Assembly (NCBI GenBank): GCA_965198065.1
Contig: CBDAON010000004.1
Span: forward strand, 768,001-832,000
DNA length: 64,000 nt
Origin: Longimicrobiales bacterium
GTDB lineage: Bacteria > Gemmatimonadota > Gemmatimonadetes > Longimicrobiales > Gaopeijiaceae
Direction of reading: 5' to 3'
Shown: positions 30,865 to 40,720 of the stretch, one piece after another
How positions within the stretch are numbered: position 1 is the first letter of the stretch
Layout: the number at the start of each line of letters is the position of its first letter
Notes under the pieces: model-generated
Database searches by the model: none
What the model saw: only the letters and a program-made list of their open reading frames with translations
What the model was told of the DNA's origin: nothing
Position numbers and translations under genes: made by a program

Positions 30865-31289
30865 AGCTCCAGGGGCTGTGGGTCCTGACCCCGGTGCGGA
30901 TGCTCCGCGCCCGGATACACCTTGAGCTTCGCTCGCATACGCCGGCCGAGCGCGTTCTTGGGGAGCATCCCCTTCACGGCGAGCTCGATGACGCGCTCCG
31001 GGCGGGAGCGAATCATCCTGCTGAAGGGAATGAACTTCTCCCCGCCGATGTATCCGGAATGCCGGAAGTACATCTTCTTCTCGGCCTTGTTACCCGTGAG
31101 CCTCACGCGGGAAGCGTTCAGAACGACCACGTAGTCCCCGGTGTCCAGGTGCGGCGTGTAGATCGGCTTGTGCTTTCCGCGAAGGACGCGGGCGACCTCG
31201 GTGGCCAGTCTTCCCAGAGGTCTATCGGCGGCGTCCACCGACCACCACCGACGCTCGATCTCGTGTGCCTTGGGCGTATGCGTCTTCAT
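30861..31289 (-). CDS. rplM: 50S ribosomal protein L13
   Basis: [31 protein letters not shown]. Start ATG 31289 (MKTH). Confidence 0.99.
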   Translation of the reverse strand: MKTHTPKAHEIERRWWSVDAADRPLGRLATEVARVLRGKHKPIYTPHLDTGDYVVVLNASRVRLTGNKAEKKMYFRHSGYIGGEKFIPFSRMIRSRPERVIELAVKGMLPKNALGRRMRAKLKVYPGAEHPHRGQDPQPLEL

Positions 31290-31344
31290 GGGACGGATCG
31301 GTGAACGGATGTCCTGCTGAAACCACCTGGACACAGAGCATCGA

Positions 31345-31373
31345 ATGATATTCGCGGGCCGGAGGGGTGTCAA
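31345..31373 (-). promoter_or_regulatory. Near-consensus sigma70 promoter of the rplM superoperon
   Basis: TTGACA (31373-31368), 17-nt spacer, TATCAT (31350-31345). Confidence 0.8.
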
Positions 31374-31426
31374 CGTGGGGGCGGGCGGCGGAAGTGGGGC
31401 CAGAAGTCGCCGTTCCGTCTGGGATT

Positions 31427-32287
31427 CTAGCGGGTGAAGGTCTCCAGAAAACGGGAGCGGGAGGCGTGCCTGAGGCGAGCCAGGGCCTTCTCCTTGATCT
31501 GCCGGACCCGCTCCCTGGTGATCCCGAGGAGTGATCCGATCTCCTCCAGCGTCATCGGCTCCTGATCGTCCAGCCCGAAGTAGAGGCGGAGCACCTTGGC
31601 CTCGCGCTCCTTCAGCGTCGCGAGCGCATGGTCCACCGTATCGCGGAGGGCGTGCTCGTACGCCTCGTTCTCCGGGTCCGGCGAAAACTGGTCGGGGAGA
31701 TAGTCGAGGAGACGATTGTCTTCGCCGGGCGTGAGCGGCGCGTCAATCGAAAGGTGAGACTGCGAGATGGCGAGCGTGGAGGCGACCTCCTCCTGGGAGA
31801 GCTCCAGATCCTGCGCGATCTCGTCCACGGTGGGCTCGCGGCCGAGCTCCTGCAGGAGCGTGGACGACCTCCGGCCGATCCGGTGAAGCGCTCCCGCTCG
31901 GTTCAGGGGGACCCGCACGATCCGACTCTGCTCCGCCAGGGCCTGAAGGATGGCCTGCCGGATCCACCATACCGCGTACGAGATGAACTTGATGCCCCTC
32001 GTCTCGTCGAATTTGTGCGCCGCCAGGATCAGGCCGACGTTGCCTTCGTTGATGAGATCGGGAAGGAGCACGCCCTGGTTCTGATACTTCTTCGCCACGG
32101 AGACCACGAACCGAAGGTTCGAGCGAACCAGTTTGTCGAGCGACTCCGCGTCCCCAGCCCGGATCCCCTGCGCAAGCCGAGCCTCCTCGTCCCGATCGAT
32201 CAGCGGGTACTGGCTGATTTCCTTGAGGTACTGATCGAGGGACCCGTCCTTCACAACCCTTCGACGGGACGAAGAGCTCATGGGCAT
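31427..32287 (-). CDS. RNA polymerase sigma factor, RpoD/SigA family, short form lacking region 1.1
   Basis: [49 protein letters not shown]...TRERVRQI. Confidence 0.93.
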   Translation of the reverse strand: MPMSSSSRRRVVKDGSLDQYLKEISQYPLIDRDEEARLAQGIRAGDAESLDKLVRSNLRFVVSVAKKYQNQGVLLPDLINEGNVGLILAAHKFDETRGIKFISYAVWWIRQAILQALAEQSRIVRVPLNRAGALHRIGRRSSTLLQELGREPTVDEIAQDLELSQEEVASTLAISQSHLSIDAPLTPGEDNRLLDYLPDQFSPDPENEAYEHALRDTVDHALATLKEREAKVLRLYFGLDDQEPMTLEEIGSLLGITRERVRQIKEKALARLRHASRSRFLETFTR

Positions 32288-32426
32288 CCACGCGCTCAGG
32301 AACGAATCACCGGCGAGGGAGCTTCCCCCCCCGGACGTCATGATCGGGGACCCGGAGGCGTTCCGCAACACCCCGCCGGCTCGGGTGCCGCACCCGCCGA
32401 ACGCTACTCGGCGAGCTTCGCGAGCG

Positions 32427-33224
32427 TCAGCGTACTACGCCGCCGATCCGATCCCAGCGCACGTTCCGCAGCCACGAAAAGGAACCCGCTGGGCGCGGCT
32501 CGGAGGAGAAGTAGACCACCCACGGCCGCCCGCGGACGCTCGCCTGTTCCACGAAACCCCAGTACCTGGAGTCCTCCGAGTTGTCGCGATTGTCTCCCAA
32601 CACGAACAAGCGATCGGGCGGAACGAGTAGGGGCCCCCAGTTATCCCTGGAGGGCCGGTAATCGGTGATGGACGCGGAGGACAGGAGGAAGTCCTTCTGC
32701 CACGTCATGCCCGGATGGTAAGCGTCTCCGTATACGTCCAGGTAGCGAGCGTACGGCTCGTCCACCCTGACATTGTTCACGAATAGACGCTTCTCGCGCA
32801 TCTCCAGGATGTCGCCCCCCAAACCGAGAAGCCGCTTGACGTAGTACCTGTCCGGTTCGTGCGGAGGGTTGAAGACGATGACCTCGCCGCGGTGAGGGGG
32901 AGCGAGTGCGGGGAGGGAGAGGGGCGTCCCGGGAACGGTCGCCCCGTATACCGCCTTGTTCACGAGGAGGAAGTCGCCGGCCAAGAGCGTGCCCTCCATC
33001 GACGAGGTCGGGATCTTGAACGCGTCGACGAGGAAGGATCGAACGAGAAAGAAGACGACGAGAACGAGCGCGGCCGAACGGAGAAAGTCGAACGCGGCAC
33101 GCAGCCAGACGCCCGCACCGCCACGGCTCGGCGAGCCCGAGGTCACGCTCGGCTCCGTCCAGACCACCGGCTCGCCGGCCTCCGGTTCCCTCCCGACACC
33201 TTTCTGGGCGTGGAAGTCGTCCAT
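32427..33224 (-). CDS. lepB: Signal peptidase I
   Basis: IPTSSMEGTL..GDFLLVNK, YVKRL, LGDNRDNSEDSRYWG. Confidence 0.95.
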   Translation of the reverse strand: MDDFHAQKGVGREPEAGEPVVWTEPSVTSGSPSRGGAGVWLRAAFDFLRSAALVLVVFFLVRSFLVDAFKIPTSSMEGTLLAGDFLLVNKAVYGATVPGTPLSLPALAPPHRGEVIVFNPPHEPDRYYVKRLLGLGGDILEMREKRLFVNNVRVDEPYARYLDVYGDAYHPGMTWQKDFLLSSASITDYRPSRDNWGPLLVPPDRLFVLGDNRDNSEDSRYWGFVEQASVRGRPWVVYFSSEPRPAGSFSWLRNVRWDRIGGVVR

Positions 33225-33317
33225 GCTCAGCTCCCTGATTCGGCGGGCACGTGAAGGCCCGATTCCAGCTACCCGTCTCGTGAGGGGGTCGTTCCCCTGG
33301 ACGGGGGCCCGACGCCC

Positions 33318-34678
33318 CTACCCTTCCCGCTTCAGCGAAAACTTCTCGATCTTCTTATAAAGGTTCGAGCGCGGCATGTCGAGTGCCCTCGCGGTCTCCG
33401 AAACGTTCCAATCGAATTCGCGGAGCTTCCGGAGGAGGAACAGCCTCTCCGACCGGTCCTTGAAGTCCTGGAATCTGCCGGAGCGCATGAGCTCCGATCC
33501 GAGGCCGGCGTCCTCGTTCCCTCCCGCCACCAGGGCGTCCACGTCGGACGAGGTGATCCGATCGGACGGCGAGAGGATGAGGAGGCGCTCGACCGTGTTC
33601 CGAAGCTCCCTGGCATTTCCCGGCCACTCGAGGTCCTGGAGGCGAGACACGGCCTCGCGGGTCAGCTCTCGGGCCGGGAGCCCGTCGCGCTCCGTCATCA
33701 TGGCGACGAAGTGAGATACCAGGACGGGAATGTCCTCGCGGCGGTCGCGAAGGGGGGGGATGTGGGTCGGGACCACGTTCAGTCGATAGAAGAGGTCCTC
33801 GCGAAAGCGGCCCTCCTCGATCTCCGTGGCTGGGTCCTTGTTCGTGGCCGAGACCACGCGAACGTCCACGTCGCGAGCCCTCTGCCCGCCGACGCGAGTG
33901 ACCTGCCCCTCCTCAAGCGCGCGGAGAACCTTGGCCTGTGCCGCCAGCGACATGTCGCCGACCTCATCGAGGAAGAGCGTGCCCTCGTGTCCCTGCTCGA
34001 ACTTCCCCGCACGATCCTGGACCGCCCCGTGAACGACCCCTTCATGTGCCCGAAGAGCTCGGACTCGATCAGCTCCGATGGGATCGCCGCGCAGTTCACC
34101 TCCACGAACGGTCGAGAAGCCCGGCGCGACAGTCGGTGGATGGCCCTCGCCACGAGCTCCTTCCCGGTCCCGTTCTCCCCCGTGATCAGCACACGGGCGT
34201 CCGTGGGGGCCACCTTTTCGATGCGGTCCAGAACCCGCCGGATCGCTGCAGACTCACCCACGATCCGATGGCGAAGCTCCACCTCCGACTGGAGCTCGGC
34301 GACCGATTCGGTGAGACCGCGCACCTTCAGCGCGTTTCTGAGCGTGACGATCAGACGGTCGGTGTCGAGGGGCTTCTCGAGGAAGTCGTACGCCCCCCGT
34401 CGGGTCGCCTCGAGCGCCGTGTCGATCGTCCCGTGACCCGAGATCATGACGACCTGCGCCCGGGGTGCCAGCTCGCGCAGGCGGCCCAGAGCCTCGACCC
34501 CGTCCATCTCGGACATCTTGACGTCCAGGAACACTACATCGGGCGCTTCCGCGCGGACCGCCTCCAGTCCCTCGGCTCCGGATGCCGCGGTCACGACCTC
34601 GTGCCCCTCGTACTCGAAGAGCTGTCTCAGGACGTCGCGAATCGATTCCTCGTCGTCGACGATGAGGAGGCGAGCCAT
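33318..34678 (-). CDS. Sigma54-dependent response regulator (NtrC/NtrX family) with one frameshift near 34025-34028, probably a sequence error
   Basis: Receiver domain, [22 protein letters not shown]. Adding one G restores [21 protein letters not shown], then [17 protein letters not shown] and a Fis-type HTH. Confidence 0.9.
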
Positions 34679-34679
34679 C

Positions 34680-35257
34680 CTACCGCCGTTTGGAAGGGCT
34701 CTTCAGCGGGCTCTGGCGCAGCGCGCTGTACCTCGGGCCCTGCCGCGAGAGCTGACTACGCATCAGGTCCACCGTCTTCGTGACCACCCTTCCGCTAAAG
34801 GTTCGCGTCGCGCAGAGGTCGTCCAGCCCGCGGAACGCCCCGGCTCCCTCGTCCTCGTCGGCGCGAGCCAGCGTGACATGGGGGTGAAACGCTCGGGTCC
34901 CCCGCTCGAACCCGTGACCGGCGAGCCCCCCACTCGAGATCCTGCTTCAGGCAACGAAGCGCCGGCGAGGGCCTCAACGCCGACCCAGATCACCCGCGGA
35001 CGTCGGATGGTCGGAAACGCGCCGAACCCGGAGATCACAAGCGGGAACTCGCGTGTCTCCTTCGCCACACGATCGATCACTCTCTCGGCGACCGGTACGA
35101 GCTCGGTGCGCACCTCCCCCAGGAACTTGAGCGTGAGGTGATAGCGGTCGTACTCCAACCATCGCACGGGGAAGCCCGCATCCCGAAGGTGCTTTGAGGC
35201 GTTGTAGATCCTCTTCTTCTCCTTCCTCGGCAGGTTCAGGGCGATGAAGAGGCGCAT
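34680..35257 (-). CDS. thpR: RNA 2',3'-cyclic phosphodiesterase with two apparent +1 frameshifts (about 34972 and 34926-34931)
   Basis: MRLFIAL, first HxT motif [16 protein letters not shown]. Removing two Gs restores FHPHVTLAR and a TAG at 34682-34680, next to the following ATG. Confidence 0.88.
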
Positions 35258-35364
35258 CGGGTGTGGCGGAGGGGGCGCGTTTTCCAGTCGACTACCGAGC
35301 TCGGTCAGCGTGGGCTGCCCGATTCTATCCGTTCGGTGAAGGGGCGACAACCGGACGAGCCGGC

Positions 35365-35394
35365 TTGACGCCCGAGGACCCGATTTCCTACCTT
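35365..35394 (+). promoter_or_regulatory. Candidate sigma70 promoter upstream of the cobalamin riboswitch
   Basis: TTGACG (35365-35370), 18-nt spacer, TACCTT (35389-35394), about 20 nt before riboswitch P1. Confidence 0.5.
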
Positions 35395-35414
35395 GGACCG
35401 CGAAGGAAAAGACG

Positions 35415-35616
35415 CGAACGGGGCATGGTGCGCGCGGCCGGCGATAATCGGTCGAGCGCAGCCAGGAAGCCGGCGTAATTCCGGCGCGGCCCCGCCACTG
35501 TGAGAGGCCCGGCCCCATCTGTGGGGATCCGGAATGGGCCCGCTCGACGAACCACTGGGACCTCGGTCCCGGGAAGGTGAGCGGCGCCGCCTCGAGCCAG
35601 GAGACCGCCCCGTTCG
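35415..35616 (+). promoter_or_regulatory. Cobalamin (AdoCbl-class) riboswitch
   Basis: Perfect P1 CGAACGGGGC/GCCCCGTTCG; core AGGAAGCCGGCGTAATTCCGGCGCGGCCCCGCCACTGTGA; CCACTGGGA...CCGGGAAGG; B12 box GAGCCAGGAGACC. Sits upstream of a TonB receptor. Confidence 0.95.
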
Positions 35617-35848
35617 TGCCCGACAGCAGCCCTTCGAGGGAGGGCGCGCGGGCGTCCGGACCTCGGCGTCCCGGAGCGGCCCGTTCCCCGCAAGGGAGAC
35701 GGGCCGATTTGTTTCACGCACCTCTCTTGGCCGCATTTCAGGCTCCCCGCCGGGAGCGCCGGTTCGACCTCGGTGCTCTCCGTCCTCGGCGTGCGCTGTC
35801 CCCGGCAGTATCGACAGCCTACTACCCCCCAAACCGAGGCCTTGCCCC

Positions 35849-37907
35849 ATGAGTCAGACGATCCTGCCCGCGCGCCCCCCGCGAATCCCGCGGGCCCCTA
35901 GCGCCCCGATCCTTTCCGAGATCCTCGCCGGAGCCCTCCTCTCCCTTGCTGCTCTCGTCTCGAACCCGCCGGGACTCCGCGGACAGGAGCCCACGGGTGG
36001 GCCCGACGACCCGTTCCTCCTTCCACGCGTCGTCGTGAGCGCGACGCGGGTGCCGATCGAGTGGGACCGGCTCCCCACGCCGGTCTCGGTGTTGACCGGA
36101 GCCAGAATTCGCAGGCTCGGGATTCGGACTGTCGGCGATGCGCTCCGAAGCGTTCCAGGGCTCCACGTCTTCCGCTCCGCCTCCGCTGGATCCCAGACGT
36201 CGGTGTTCGTGCGCGGGGGCGAGAGCGACTACGTGAAGGTCCTCGTGGACGGCGTTCCGGTGAACGAAGCGGGAGGCGCGATCGACTTCGCCGACCTCTC
36301 GACGGACCAGGTCGAGCGCATCGAGGTAGTGCGGGGGCCGGCAAGCGTCCTCTACGGGTCCGATGCCGTGTCAGGCGTCATCCAGATCTTTACCCGAAGG
36401 GGCCGCGGCGAGCCTCGGCTCGAGGCCACCGTTTCCGGTGGAATCGGCGAGCGCCGGCTGGACGATGGAACTCACGCGGTGATGGAGGCCGAGGCTTCCC
36501 TGACGGGCTCGACAGACGCGCTCTCCTATTCGATCGGCGGAGGCCGCTCGTGGAGCGGTGGCACCTATCCACTAAACAACGAGAACGAGCTGAACACTGT
36601 GAGCGGCCGCCTCGGCTGGAGCGACGGGGGGACTGCCGCGGTCGCGCTCGCGACCCGGTTCGGGGACGGCGAGTTCCGGTTCCCGACCGATTTGGCGGGA
36701 AACCTCGCCGACGATAACCAGCGTGCCGATCGCCGGAGCTGGACGACGTCCCTTCTCGCCCGTCGCCGGCTGAGTCCTCGTGTCGAAGCCGAGCTCCAGC
36801 TGGGCTTGGCCGACCGCGAACAAATCTCCCGTGACGAACCGGACGGACCAGACGACACGAGGGGCTTTTTCGCCTCGGTCTATGATTCCGAGGTCCAACG
36901 GAGCTCGGCCGACCTGCGTGTGACGACCTTGCTCGACGGAGCCTCGGTCACGATCGGCGGAGCCTTCGAGCGGGCGACGGGTGACATCGCGTACAGCTCC
37001 GACAGCGAGTTTGGGGAGTCCGAAGCATCCGCGGACTTCGAGCGGTCGAACGCGGCCGGCTACCTCGAGGTGCTCGCCGCACCGCTCGCGGGCGTCCAGG
37101 CGACCCTGGGTGCTCGGATGGACGACAACGAGACGTTCGGGAGCTTCGACACGTACAGAGTCGGCGTGTCTTGGAGCGCCTCGCCGGGCATTCGCGTCCG
37201 GGGTGCCCTCGGGCGCGCGTTCCGTGAGCCCACGTTCGCAGAGAATTTCGGGAGCGGCTTCGCCGACAACGGGAACCCCGATCTGGTTCCCGAGCGGACG
37301 CGGAGCTGGGAGGTCGGGCTAGAGGGAGCCCTCGGTCCGGTCGTCCTCTCCGGCACGTGGTTCGATCAGCACTTCCGCGACCTCATCCAGTATACGTTCG
37401 TCACGAGCGACCCAGCCGACCCCAATTACATGAACGTGGGGCGCGCGAAGGCGTCCGGTCTCGAGGTCGCGGCCGAGGGTGGATGGGGCCCGATCGCGCT
37501 GAACGCATCCTATATGTATCTGGACACGGAGGTCGTGGATCCGGGGCTCGCGACCGACGCTACGTTCGTCCAGGGAGAGCCGCTCCTCAGGCGCCCCGCG
37601 AGTTCGGGCTCTTTGTCGCTCGGTCTGGGCCACGACCGGGGGAACGTCGGAGCGGTCGTGAGCCTGGTCGGAGGGCGCGAGGACGTAGATTTTGGCGCGG
37701 GCTTCCCCGCCCCTCGGGTTACGCTCGGGAGCTACGCTACTGTCGACGTCTCGGCGGACTACCGGCTCCCCGATCTCGGCCGCGCCGGCGCACGCTTCGT
37801 CCTCAAGCTCGAGAACCTCCTAGATGCCGACTACGAGGGGAATCGTGGGTTTTCCCGCGCCGGGGCGGGTCGTACGCCTCGGCCTGGCGGTTGAGATGGG
37901 AGGATGA
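35849..37907 (+). CDS. btuB: TonB-dependent vitamin B12 receptor (BtuB-like) with one apparent +1 frameshift at 37837-37840
   Basis: Signal peptide, VVVSATR, plug FVRGGESDYVKVLVDGVPVN, ERIEVVRGPASVLYGSDAVSGVIQI, GNPDL.PE, LLRRP. Removing one G gives ...GFPAPGRVVRLGLAVEMGG* with TGA overlapping the next ATG. Confidence 0.88.
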
Positions 37908-38461
37908 GGAGCCTCCTCGTGGTGACCGGAACGATCCCGGCCGTCGCGGCGACGCGTGTGCTCCCTCATCCCATGAACTTCACATCGGTGGGGGCGATGG
38001 CTCTGTTCGGGGGCGCGTGCGTCCGTCCGCGCGCACTCGGGTTCCTCGTGCCACTGGCCGCTATTATCGCGGGAGACGTCGCCATGGTTGGGCGTCGGGG
38101 GACTGGTCGCTGACCTTCCACCCGCTCGTTCCCGCGGTGTACGGGAGCTTTGCGCCCGTGACGTGGATCGGGACGGGCCTCGCGGATCGGCGGACGTTCG
38201 CCCCGATCGCCGTCGGGACGCTCGCGGGCTCCGCTCTCTACTTCGTCGTTGGCGACCTGGGCCCTTCTCACGACGTATGCGAAGACCTGGGAAGGGCTGG
38301 TAGCCTGTTACGCAGCCGGCCTTCCCTACTTGCTGAACACCGTCGCGGGCGACGCGCTTTACGCTGCGATCCTCTTCGGGTCGCTCTCGTGGCTCGAGGG
38401 ACGCTTCCCCTCGCTCCGCACGACGCTCGCGCCGGGGCGTCACAGACCGAGGACGTCGTGA
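37904..38461 (+). CDS. Small multi-TM putative transporter (DUF6580-like), broken into three frames (about 38086 and 38248)
   Basis: RVLPHPMNFTSVGAMALFGGA, hydrophobic middle (FHPLVPAVYGSF...GTLAGSALYFVV), then YAKTWEGLVACYAAGLPYLLNTVAGDALY. Family recognised from memory. Confidence 0.72.
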
Positions 38462-38504
38462 GCTTGAGCGCTCCCACGTACGGAACGCCGGGAACGGAGG
38501 GCGT

Positions 38505-39579
38505 GTGAGGATCGTGTCCCTGCTCCCAAGCGCTACTGAGATGATCTGCGGCGTGGGGCGGGGACAAGACCTCGTGGGGGTCACGCACGAGTGCGACTTC
38601 CCGCCCCGCGTGCGCGGGCTCCCCGCCGTAACGAACACGCTCATCCCTTCGGACACGTCGAGCCGCGAGATCGACACCCTCGTGCGAGAGCGCCTCACGA
38701 AGAGCCGCTTCTCTCTACACGCTGGACCTCCCCGTGCTCGAGGCGCTCCGGCCGAACCTGATCGTCACCCAAACGCTCTGCCAGGTCTGCGCGGTCGCGG
38801 AGGACGAGGTTCGGGCCGCCGCATGTGGGCTCCCTGGTAAGCCGGAGGTCCTGAACCTCGAGCCGGAAAGGCTCGAGGACGTGCTCAGGGCGATCCGCGA
38901 GGTGGGGTGGGCGACTGGCGCCACGCGGGTGGCCGACGCGTTCGTCGCGAGCCTCGAGGCTCGGGTGGAGCGCGTGGCCGAGGGCGGGGCACGGATCCGA
39001 GAGCGCCCGCGCGTTCTCCTCTTGGAATGGCTGGATCCTCCCTTCTCGTCCGGGCACTGGAACCCCCAGCTCGTCCGGGTCGCCGGGGGGATCGAAGTGC
39101 TCGGGCGCGAGGGCGAACGGTCGCGAACGGTCTCGTGGGAGGAGGTGATCGCCTCCGGCCCCGAGGCGGTGATCGTGTCATGCTGCGGGTACGATCTCGA
39201 GCGCACCGTCCGCGATCTTCCCATCCTCGAGTCCGTTCCCGGGTGGGCCCGGACGCCGGCGGCGAGATCGGGACGCGTCTACTTGGTGGACGGATCCCAG
39301 TACTTCAGCCGGCCCGGACCGCGGCTCGTGGACAGCCTGGAGATTTTCGCCCACGCCCTGCACCCGACGGTGCACCCGGCACCCACGGCCTGGTCCCGGG
39401 CGGTCAGACGGGAGCCTGCCGCCGCCGGGCTGTGCAGGTCGTGCCGCCACCGGCGAGACGTCTCGTCCAGGCGGGGGAGCCGCTTCGTCTTGTGTCTGCG
39501 CTCTCGCGACGATCCTGCCTTTCCGAAGTATCCCGAGCTCCCGGTCACGCGCTGTTCGGGATTCGAGCTCAGGGCCTGA
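38505..39579 (+). CDS. BtuF/TroA-like cobalamin-binding protein with no signal peptide and a C-terminal four-Cys domain; one frameshift near 38705-38712
   Basis: MRIVSLLPSATE, GVTHECDFP, LIVTQTLCQVCAV, EWLDPPF..GHW.P, CCGYD, FSRPGPRLVD, then GLCRSC...C...C. Confidence 0.82.
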
Positions 39580-39658
39580 GTGCGCCGGGACCACTCCTCT
39601 GCGGAACGGCTCTGGCAGATTCCCGCCGGTCAGGGCACGCGTGGGCCCAAAACGGCGC

Positions 39659-40528
39659 TCAGCGCATCATTGCGTAGATGAGGTAGTTCACGCCGAGCTG
39701 ATACGCGGCGTTCGTGGGATCGAGCCCGAAACGTCCTTCGGGAAACTCCCAGTACTCCGCCAGGTCGGAGTTGTGGTTAGCGAGGACCATCACCCTCTTC
39801 GTCGGATCGTTGTCCTCGTACATCGCCTGGTAGTTGGGAATCACTCGAACCAGCGGGTGCGGGACGTAGATGTCCTCAACCACCCAATACGACCGGAAGA
39901 TCGGGTGAGACGGGTCGAGCTCGAACCACACGTATTCGGGGACCGCCCTCCGCATTTGGGCGGCCATGTTGTCCCACTGCTGTAGCTCGAAGTCATCAAA
40001 GATCAGGAAGCCGCCCTTGAGCAGGAACTCGCGCAGGTTCAGAGCCCCCTCGTCCGACACGCTCCAGTATCCCGGCTCCGACATGTAGAGGATCGGATAC
40101 TGAAAGATCCTCGGATCCTCCAGGTCCAGGACGTTGGTCCCCTCGGTGTTCGTGCGAAGGTGCGTGAACTCGTCCACGATGAACTGGAGGTTCCGATCCG
40201 CATACGGGTAGTCGTGGTTCCACGCCGAGCTTCCCCCGAAGCCGCGGAACCCGCCGCCACCTCCATACCGGACGCGAGTAAAGGTGAAATACCCGTTGTA
40301 GGGAACCTGATAGAGAGACTGCGCCCCGGACTGGGCGTCGAGCGGGCTCGGGCCGAGCGGACCGTTCCTGAGCGGACCCGGGCTGCCCGGGACCTTGGAC
40401 TCTCGAGGTCCCGTGCCCAACGATCCCTCGGGCACCGGCGTGTCCGTCGGGCCGGCCGCGAGGGCCCAGGTGGCCGCGACGACGAGTCCCGGGACCATCA
40501 AGTGCGGAAGCCGCGGGCGGAACATCAT
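39659..40528 (-). CDS. DUF4159 domain-containing exported protein
   Basis: Signal peptide, FTFTRVRY, WNHDYPYADRN, YPILYMSEPG, GGFLIFDDF, SDLAEYWE, GVNYLIYA. Confidence 0.8.
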   Translation of the reverse strand: MMFRPRLPHLMVPGLVVAATWALAAGPTDTPVPEGSLGTGPRESKVPGSPGPLRNGPLGPSPLDAQSGAQSLYQVPYNGYFTFTRVRYGGGGGFRGFGGSSAWNHDYPYADRNLQFIVDEFTHLRTNTEGTNVLDLEDPRIFQYPILYMSEPGYWSVSDEGALNLREFLLKGGFLIFDDFELQQWDNMAAQMRRAVPEYVWFELDPSHPIFRSYWVVEDIYVPHPLVRVIPNYQAMYEDNDPTKRVMVLANHNSDLAEYWEFPEGRFGLDPTNAAYQLGVNYLIYAMMR

Positions 40529-40720
40529 GCTCTCACTCTACATCCCCGGCGGCCCGGGCGAAATCGCGGTCGGAGTCCAGCGAGTGACAGTGTCAGCCGT
40601 GACGTCGGACAGTAGCGAGCTCCGACTGATGCCCGGAGAGAGGCGCGACGACATAAAGCAGCGCCAGAAAGGGGGAAGACGTATGCCAGTGATGGAAGGG
40701 TAGCGGACACGGGTGAGCGC

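Noticed and set aside
40585..40595. Short palindrome TGACA-G-TGTCA upstream of DUF4159
   Set aside because: Only 5-bp arms and a single copy; too weak to call an operator.
40650..40690. Possible sigma54 promoter (TGGCAT..., TGGCGC...) upstream of DUF4159
   Set aside because: No GC dinucleotide at the required -12 spacing.
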